A stretch of 64,000 bases of DNA from the human T2T-CHM13v2.0 reference genome, Homo sapiens, in NCBI RefSeq assembly GCF_009914755.1, contig NC_060931.1, one strand, 5' to 3'. Position numbers and translations under genes: made by a program. Each line of letters opens with the position of its first letter. The stretch's first letter is position 1. Below are positions 55,030 to 64,000 of this stretch, one piece after another. The notes under the pieces were generated by a model. It was not told where the DNA came from and ran no database searches. It saw only the letters and a program-made list of their open reading frames with translations.

Positions 55030-56350
55030 TACTAGGCAAAATTTTAAAACATATATAAAGTTAGAGATAATAGTATAATTAACCTCCATGTATTCATTAT
55101 CCAGCTTCAACAATTATCAATGTTTTGTGAACAGTTTATTCATCTCTTACTTTGTTTTCTAGACGTATTCAGAAGCAAATCCAGGCATCATGTCATGTGT
55201 GTCATGAATATCTCAGTATACATCTCTAACTCAGAAATACATGCATGCATGAGCTTCTCATACCTAACAAAATCAACAGTCCCTTAACATTCTGTCATAC
55301 ACAAAGATTGTTAACATTGGTTCTGTTGTCCCCAAAGTGAGATTTGATAGTTTGAAATGAGGCCCAATCATGGTTCAAGAAATGTCTTCAATGGTTACAT
55401 TTCTCCAGTTTCTTTTATTCTATAATAATTCTTCATTTTGCATATTTTTTTCCATATTACATTTACCTGTTTTATTGTGGTAAAAAATGACCCCCAAATT
55501 CAACAGCTATAACATAAAGGATTAAATTTTTAAATTTCTGGACCACAGTGCACACTGTCTCCAGTTGGGCAGTGCTTTGGCTTCTCTCCATGTGTCTTGT
55601 TTTTCTGGGACCCAGGCTATTTGTGGCAGGACGTTCTTGTGGCAGACATAAAAGGGCAAGAAAGCTGGTGATGGCATAGCTGACATGGCTTAGCTTGGAC
55701 ATGGCATAGTCTCTGCTGCTTACCTGCCATTGGTCAAAGCAAGTCATGAGGCCCAGTCAACACCAATGGGACAGGAACATACTCTGTTCCTTGAAAGAAT
55801 GGCCAGCCAAGGAGCAATAGGCCTCAATGTATAATCTTCTCACAGGAAAAGGGAGTGAATAATTGGCCAGTAATCCAGCTCACTGCACATTCTTTTGATC
55901 GTTTGGAGAAACTAGGATATTTGTTCTGTAGACTGTCCTACATTCTGAATTTGGCTGATTGCTTCCTCATGGTATTGTTTGATTTATTCTTTTATGACCC
56001 ATAGCTCCTGGAAACTGATGTGATTAGATTTCCTGGAAACCAGAGGAAAGATTTTTGGGTTTATTTAGTTATTTATTTATTCAGGCAAGAGTACTTCATA
56101 AGTTATGCTCTATACTCCCTGCTGCAAATGCTCTGAAGGCACAACATAGCTGACTAACCCACTTCTACTAAAATAGGTGTGATCATTGGGCTCTGTTGAT
56201 GTCAGCCTGATCCTTGTATTGTGAAGCTCTCCATCAATCTTTCATCTTATGATTTCAGCACCCATTCATGGTTCCTGCCTAAATCCATGGCTTCATTAGG
56301 GACTGCAAAATGAAGATTTTTGTTTGTAATTCTACTATCTATATTTATTT
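55030..56350 (-). mobile_element. L1ME/MC-like remnant interrupted by an MLT1 LTR (~55468-55889)
   Basis: aaaattttaaaacatatataaagttagaga...ccagcttcaacaattatcaa; MLT1 motif ccattggtcaaagcaagtcatg. Confidence 0.6.
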
Positions 56351-59224
56351 ACTGGGTAAAAGTAATAAAAAGTTATGATCAAAATGCCATGTTGAATCAT
56401 AGCTACTATATTTATTTTATATTTTGAGAACTGAGTAAAATTTCATTGGAAAAAAGACTTTTTATTTAAAACAGTTTAAAAAATCACTGGGCCAGAGAAT
56501 CTCTTGGTTGCCTTCCAACTCTAATGGTTTATGATTCAGTGACCTATGCTGAACCAATGTTTCATGACAGGAAAAAGGAGTACAGCTGATAGACAGAAGT
56601 TCTGTTGTAAGTGTGCAAAGGTAGCCAGTTAGATTTTCCATCTGGCCTAGAAGAGATTGGATATTGATGGAACCAGGGAGGATCCTCTGGGCAACAGCTT
56701 ATTGTGAGGTAGAGAGAGAATGACCCTCAAGCATTTGGTCCTTGAAAGCTATGCAGAATGATTATGAGGCCAAGTTGTACAAGCATATGTGTCTCACACC
56801 AATGTAGAATATAAAACTGGGATTAGAAAACATAACAGAACATAACTTCTACCTTATCCCTTCACCATCTCATCCTCCACTATGAGATTTTCAGTTTCTT
56901 GTAAAGTAGCTTGCCACTGTCCTCATGTTTTCGTGGGTAACATGTTCTCCCATGTTCTCAGAAACCTAGAGGCACCCATCATTAACTACTTCTCATGACC
57001 CATCAGCCAAAGCCTTGGCTAGTTTGAAACCATAACCTGTCGCTGCTATATAGAACACAACTCTTCTATGTTTCCTACATTCCCCGGTGTGCTAAAGCTG
57101 CTCCCATTCCCTTTAAAGTGGGAAGAATTCCTCTTCTTCATATTTGTGTTCCATTCATTACATGAATAGAAAAGCAATTCTTCTGGGGACTCAATGATGT
57201 ACAGAGATTTTAGTGAAACCTCTCTGTCAAGTTGAGCCCCCCGCCTTCTCCCTTAAGACTCAGGTACATGTTTATGGAACTTGGGAGGATGGGTCATCTG
57301 AGCAACAGCCACTTTATTGCATATCAAATGCTCCTTTTATTGTTTTGGCTGGGAGATGGGGGTGGCCCCATATCCTGATATAAAAGAGGACATTGTTAAG
57401 CCCTTTCTTAACATGATAGTTGCATGCCAAGTAAAGCAGCAGGCTGGGAAATAACCCCAATCTCTTTTCCAGATCTCAGGCACAGTGGCATCCTTCACCA
57501 TGTGGAAGTTGACACTGGCTTCTACCACACAGTGTGGTTCTGGAGAGAGTCAAGATGAAGTCCTGTTGATAGAAGAACTGTGTTTATTCTGAAGCTCTCG
57601 CTCCCACCCCAGGGAAAGCCGAAGGAGGAGCTTGACAAGCTAAAGGGTAAGCCCTGGAAAAAGGCATAATCTAAAGTAACATTAAGGACTAGGGTAGTAA
57701 AAATGCACATGTGAAAACCATCACGAAGAGGGTCATTTGGTTTGCTAAGGAAATCAACATTGGCTCTAATATTGGTCTAAGTCTCTGAGAAAGGTCCCTT
57801 TTCTCACACCTTTGTTTGCTTCTAGTTTCCTTTTAGACAAAGTATTGGAAGTTATGAAATGTCCTTGTTATAGATGAGAGCAACTGACCAGATCTGCCAC
57901 ACACAGGAATGCCTCCCATTGCTCTCCAGGCATCAGAAGATGATCCACTGGGCTGCAAATTATGGAGGAAAAATCCATTCATTTATGAAGGTTTTGAAAT
58001 ATCCAACACTAAAGTTGAAGTTCTTGAAGCCTGGCCAGTATAAACAATTTTACATAAAGCTCTGTTTACTTCTATTCAGAAGCAGTCAAAATGACCCAGT
58101 TGTTCTGTGGAGCATGGAGCTCTGGTGTCTATCATCCACTGGTTGGATTTCTTTATGGTCAGGTTATAAAGAGGATCATCTTAGCTACTTCCTGCTATAA
58201 AATTTTATCCTCTTTTCTCCTATGGAAGGCAATACTCAATGGTCCCTGTAGAATGTATCTTATTGGTAGCACACATCAAGGCTGTGTGTGTCTGTGTGTG
58301 TTCTCAAGATCCCCACTGTCATTAACAGAAGAGGACTATAGATATGCTTCCTGTTAGAACACACAATAAAGCTCTTTGATTAAGGCTCACACTAATTGCA
58401 TGTGAAGTCTGCTACCCATTGAATTCAGGTTAAAGGTAAAACTAATAAAGATGTTACAGGTGAACATTGGCCTTCCTGAAATTGCATAAATGTAATTGAT
58501 GAGAAAAAACAATGAAACAAAGTAATGAATATGTTATTAATTTCCTGGTTCAAGTTTGAAGTCAAGAAGAGATAAAAAGTTCATCAGAATTGGTGTTTTA
58601 TCAGGTAAAACTGGATTCATATTTTTTTAATTCTAGGAGCAACAATTCATCCTTGGTTATTTCTCAGAATTATTCCATATTGTTTGGAAGCTCAAAAACT
58701 TGAGCCCATCTCCATCTGTTCCTTCGTTTAGCTTTGAAAACCTTTCTATGCTTCTAGTATATGTGGATCAGCCTGCTTTCTCCTCCTTCTTCCTAGGACT
58801 CTTTTGCTGCCTTAGTCCTTGGCTCTGACAACCCTTTGGTTTAGTTGTCCTGCCTAACTGAAAGCATGAGATTAAACCAAGGCAATGAGAACTTGGTGTT
58901 CCCAACTTAAGTTTGTGTGGTCAGTTCATCAGAACTCACCATGCTTTCTTCTTAACAGTACAGGCTTCTTAATTAGGTATCTGTCCAGCTCATGAACTGC
59001 AAGAGGTGAAGACCTTTCCCTTGCATATTTGGAATAAAAAACAGCTTGCCTCTGGTGATTTGGGACCTTGGCCCCAGTAACTCAGCTGTTCTTTATTCCT
59101 ACAGTCTACCTTCATGTGCGACTTTGAGAATCTCAAGGGTTAGAGAATGGAGAACAACAATTAAATTGGGACTCTTCGAGTTTCTTTTATTTGATCCTTA
59201 GTTTGCATTACATAGAAATTAACA

Positions 59225-59440
59225 GCATGGGCCTTGGAGTTTAACACCCTAAGGTCAGATCTTTACTCTGACCCATATTCTGTATGAACTTAGAAAAGTT
59301 TCTGATCCTCTCTGTGTCAGTTTTACCTATAGGCATAATATAGCTATTTATCTCACAGAATTGTCAGGATGACTGAGTGACACAATACATGCAAAATGCT
59401 TACTACAGAATAAGGCCTTGTTAAATGTTGGCTGCTATAA
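59225..59440 (+). mobile_element. MIR SINE
   Basis: cctctctgtgtcagtttt...tctcacagaattgtcaggat. Confidence 0.6.
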
Positions 59441-60684
59441 TTGTTGTAAATAGTGTTAAATTGGCCTTCTAGAAGTTAAGGGTGGGACTTTCCAGGATGT
59501 ACTTTACCTGTTTTAATGTATGAATTTTGTAACGTAAACATGCTTAACTTCCCATGTGTTTTACTATAAGTATAAGCAGTGGATTGATTTATCCCTATCT
59601 CAGTCCCAAAACATCAGTCAATCCTGGTCTACCTACTTCAGGGCATATCCCACTGAACTGGCTCCCCACTGTGGGAGCAGGATATGCAACCACAGACAGA
59701 GTCTCCAGTAAATTCAGTTTCCATAAGCTTAAATCACAGAAACACTCTGGAGGCAATGCCAAGTTTCTTCCAGAAAGAGAAATACTATGATCATAGCTCA
59801 CAAAATCAGGCTGAACTTTCACATTCTCTCTTGTATCACTAGTGAAAAAAAAATCTTACTGTCAAGGAATCTCCACCCTAGGCAAGATTTATGTTCCACT
59901 TTCCTGACATTTGGTTCTTTTCCTGGGATCAGACTCATTCCAATATATTTATGCTTGAAGAGTCCACTGGAAAACTTTCCAAGCCAGCAATAGGAAACTG
60001 CTACCTGGCTGATTCTCTCCTCAGCTGCTGGCATAGTGGAGAAAAGACTTCAGGAACCTTCAGCAGACTGTCTCCCTGTCCAGATTTGTATCAACATTAA
60101 TGCTTTGCTCATGATTGAAAAACATGTTCAGGCTTCCAGACTCAAATATGTTTCCTTTGCTCATAACCCTCTGGTGAGGGAACAAATGGTTTTGGATCCC
60201 TGGAGAGATGGGATGTCCCTTTATGACTGAGTTTCCCTGAACTCAGTGGGGTGCTGTGGGCTCTCTGGATGCCATTATGATGAGGCTGGAGATGCTCCTT
60301 GCTTGGCTAAATCCTCACATGTTAATATTTGGCCCGCCTGTTCCGCAGTGATTGATATTAAGGGATGAGAGTTTTTCCTGAATTTTTTCCCGCATTTTTC
60401 AAGCAGAGGTCACAATGACCTGCTGAGAAGGCAAGAATGGCTATAGCAATTTAGAAGAAACATGACAATCACCTCTTGCTTGGTAGAAACAGGCAAGGGA
60501 GTGATAGCCCCAAAGGAGGAGAGAGACTGGTTATTCTAAAGAGTGCAATGGAGTCACAAAGTATGAATGAGCAGGAGAGTAGTTGGGGATGAGAGATGTG
60601 GAGTAGGACTTATCGTTACTTTACAGTTTGTGGTTTGTTAATCTGAACTCTTCTTCTCTGCCCCAAAGGGAATCTTTCATCTGT

Positions 60685-60895
60685 CATAGTGGTTAAGAGC
60701 AGAGCCTTGGTGTCAGATGTACTTGGGTAAGAGCTCTGCCACTTAGAAGTATGCCTTGGTCAGCTTGCCTGGCCTCTCTAAACCTTGGTTTCCTCATTAT
60801 TAAAGATAATAATTCCTGTTATATGCATTAATGAAAAATAAACATCAGATCACCTATAATGGTACCTGCCAAATAATTCAATGACACTAAAGAGT
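60685..60895 (+). mobile_element. MIR SINE
   Basis: agtggttaagagcagagcc...ctctgccactta...gtttcctcat. Confidence 0.65.
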
Positions 60896-62169
60896 GGCTA
60901 GTGATAGTAGTGGTAGTTGGAATAGTGGCCGAGGTTATGGTATTGGTGTTGAGGATGGTGGTAACGGCAGTAGAAGCAGAAAAGGCTGTAATACTTGCAG
61001 GCTCCAGCGTTTTCACCGTATGATTCAACGGTCCTCCAAGGGCACCACAGCAGATGTACTGGCTTGGAGAGAAACCAGAGTTTGTTGGCCTCACCGCTCT
61101 ACTGCCTCCTCAAAAGTATACTTTTCCCACCACTTCTTCCTTCTTTTAATGGAGCCAGATTTACAAATGGAAAAAATAAAACGGGCCTATATTTCTGACA
61201 CCTGCCTCACCTGTGATCCTGAGACTTGGCAGCAAAGATTTCCCAAGGGCCATGGCAGAAACTAGTCTATAAGTCTTCCTCTTTGGGGACCCTTGTTCCC
61301 TTTCCTGGATCCCCAGCCAGACAGCCCAGGTGGTTTTTCATGCCATCAGACTGACGTTAAATTCAACCTCAGTTCTTAAAGGAAAAGGTACCATTTCCTT
61401 TCACCAGTCCCTGGAGCCCACCTCCATCCTATGATTGGCCTTCTCCCAGAATGACTCATCAACCCAGAGTTTGTCCTTTTGATGACCCCTGACGTCTTCC
61501 TGAGATGGGGTGAGACCTGCTGGGAGGAAAGGCAATCATTATTTCATCCCAAGCTGAGGCCACATAAAACACTTCCCTTCTCTAATGAATGGGCTCCAAA
61601 GGGCAATCTGACTTGTCTTGGTATGACCCTCCTAGGCCAAGGGTGGGGATGAGAATTTAAGCTAATGTTGGTGTTGGAAACATTTAGATATCAATTTCTC
61701 AACTTTTTCTCATTATAACAGATAGTTAATGCTGTTGTGGATGGACCTTTCTTTACCTTTCCCCCGACTTTTAAGAGACTTTACAGAAGCAGAATAGGAA
61801 ACCACTCTATTAACAGTGTGTGGCCTGGAAAGTGTCAGTGTTTCATATAATGTGGAGGCCTAGTATATATAAACATGAGCCTCAAGGAATATGGAGAGTC
61901 ATGCTTTGAAATGAGGCAAAATAGTGCAATGGCTAAAACAATGCATGATAGAGTAGAACAGATTGGGTTTGAATTAAGAATGTGGACATGCCACTTTATT
62001 TTCTAGGCTTCATTTTCCTCATGGGTATACTGGGGCTATTGATGGTACCCTATCTCGTAGGTACTATGTTAGATAAGACATAAAATGCACAGCATGGTGC
62101 CTGATGTACCATGGTAGGATGTGGCAGGGGCCACTAGCGGGAAATAAGCACCATCACTTGGAGCTCCAA

Positions 62170-63730
62170 GAAGACAACACTAAGCTACTGTGGGGATGAA
62201 CACTTAGATTCAGGGTATTCATGAGTTGACATTCAGATTGGGACTTGAAGGAGAGTGTGGCTTCCACAGTGGCTAAATAAGTATTACAGGTAGAGAATGA
62301 AAACAGAGCTGTGAAAGGTAAATTCATCAAGCAATGAATTGTGTGTGGATAGCAAGATGCATGTGTGTGGGTAGAATAGTGAATGAAGAAATAAGCTGGG
62401 CCAAAATATTGGATGGCTTGACTAATACACTAAGAAGTTCTTCCAGAATGCGATGCCTCCATAGTGGTCATTCTCCTAGGCCTGCTAACTAGCCAACTCC
62501 CAGAATTATTAACTCCAACAGGCAAGATAATTTGGAGATACCCATGTTGGTATGCAGTAAGCATCCCAGCATATGCTTTAGGATTATTTCTACCCCTGTA
62601 ATTCAGACCTACTGACAGGTCCGAACTATTGGAAGGACAGGCCCAGAAAAGTCTATTTATATGAGAAATCAGGGTACTGCCAGGGAAAATAACCACTTCA
62701 GGAACTTGACTCTTGGTCAAACATGTAGCTTGAGAGAGTAGGAACAATTATAAATCCATGGGATCTCCTACTTCCGTTTCCCTTGGACCTATACCTGAGT
62801 CCAATATTAGATAAAGGTCCTGTACACCAGAAATGGCAGGGAGTCCTAAGCCCATGGAATAGAACCTTTGAGGACCTCAAGGTGGAAAAGAGGACCAGTA
62901 TAACCAGTGGCTGGAAGAGTGGCATGTAGTGAAGTTGAAGATTGAAGCAGAGGCCAGATGATAAAGAACATTCTAAGTCCTGAAGGATAGTCTGAATTTA
63001 TTAATATTTCTAAATAAAATGGGAAGTTACCAAGGGGAATTTAAGCAGCTGAGTGATATGACATACTTATGAGTCAGAAAGACCATACATATTTGGAGAC
63101 TGTGTTGGGTAGGAAAAGGTCTGGAAGCTGGAAACCAGTTAGGAAACTACTGTAGTAGTAAGAGCAAGAGGTTGTGATGACCTTCATTGCTACAAGGGTA
63201 GTGGAAGGAGTCATGGAGACAAGTATAGATTCAAAATGTCTTTTTAACATAGAATCACAGAGCTCAATAATGGATTAGAAAAGTAGTGAAGACAGAGAGG
63301 TTGGAGTCAAGAAAGTCTCCTAAGTTTCTGGATTCAGCAACCAGGCCAACAGTGGTAGTATTGACTGAGACAGAATACACAGGGGTGAGAAGGTGCTTTG
63401 GCTGGAAGACACAAGAGTTCTGATTTTGAGAAGTTCAAATAGGTCCTTAGGTAGGCATATGTTTATCCAAGACCTTTCAATGCCCTGGGAGTTGTCTGGA
63501 CTAGAGAGACAAAGGTGGGAGGGCTGAGCTTCCTGAAAGAGAGGAAAAAGACAGGGCTCTGGAACTAACCTCCAAGCAACTCCAAAATTTTGTGTTTGGG
63601 AGGAGAAGGCAGAGCCAGTAAAGACACTGAAAAGAAGTGCCCAATAAATTTGAATGAAAAGCAGGGGAATGTGGTACCGGAAAGTGGGGGTTGGAGAGTG
63701 CTTTCAAACAAGGGAGGGCTCAGCAGGGTC
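62170..63730 (-). mobile_element. Fragmented L2 with a probable MER5-type insert (~62560-62710)
   Basis: Purine-rich antisense L2 motifs ttaagcagctgagtgatatg, ggagtcaagaaagtctcctaagtttctgg. Confidence 0.55.
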
Positions 63731-64000
63731 AGGTGCCACTAAAGGGCTCACTATGGCAGGTGTGGCACTAAGCATTCTACATGCAGCATCTTATTTTATC
63801 TCTGAAGTGGCAGAGCTGGGGTTGAAAACAAGGTACATCTGACTCCAAAGCCAATGCATTTTCTACTACCCTATGCTCCATAGGCATCCATGCCCTCATT
63901 TTGCAGATAAAATATTGAATGTCAGAGAATAAAGTGGCTACACAGACCGAGAGGAACTCATGTTCGACTGAAACCTGGGGCATCTCACTCCTAAATCTAT

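Noticed and set aside
60828-61265. Thr-rich and Gly/Ser-rich ORFs
   Set aside because: Derived from low-complexity (GGT/AGT) sequence next to a MIR.

Overview
Primate, almost certainly human, genomic DNA: AT-rich, with AluJ/S/Y, L1, L2, MIR, ERV1 and MaLR LTRs and hAT DNA transposons. The only coding sequence I can support is a spliced terminal exon at 36112-36275 (+) encoding (G)[54 protein letters not shown] recognise this as the C-terminus of SUGCT (C7orf10, succinyl-CoA:glutarate CoA-transferase, CaiB/BaiF family III CoA-transferase; human 7p14.1). A short 3' UTR and AATAAA (36530) follow. Positions 1-36111 are therefore the distal part of the last SUGCT intron, and the rest is downstream intergenic DNA. 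None of the supplied ORFs looks like a real gene. I find no novel multi-gene system. The most interesting signals are structural: (i) a ~1.1 kb inversion splitting an old L1, with a perfect 40-bp inverted duplication and a 16-bp templated repeat at its breakpoints; (ii) a ~180-bp non-Alu, non-L1 retroposed insert with poly(A) and a perfect 17-bp TSD; (iii) a palindromic TA-rich mosaic carrying a 22-bp copy of nearby sequence; (iv) a template-switch scar inside an Alu; (v) a MER41-type LTR with an intact STAT GAS site; (vi) a deeply nested transposon stack; (vii) candidate CTCF/AP-1 elements. Repeat subfamily names and most boundaries of old repeats are by-eye estimates.
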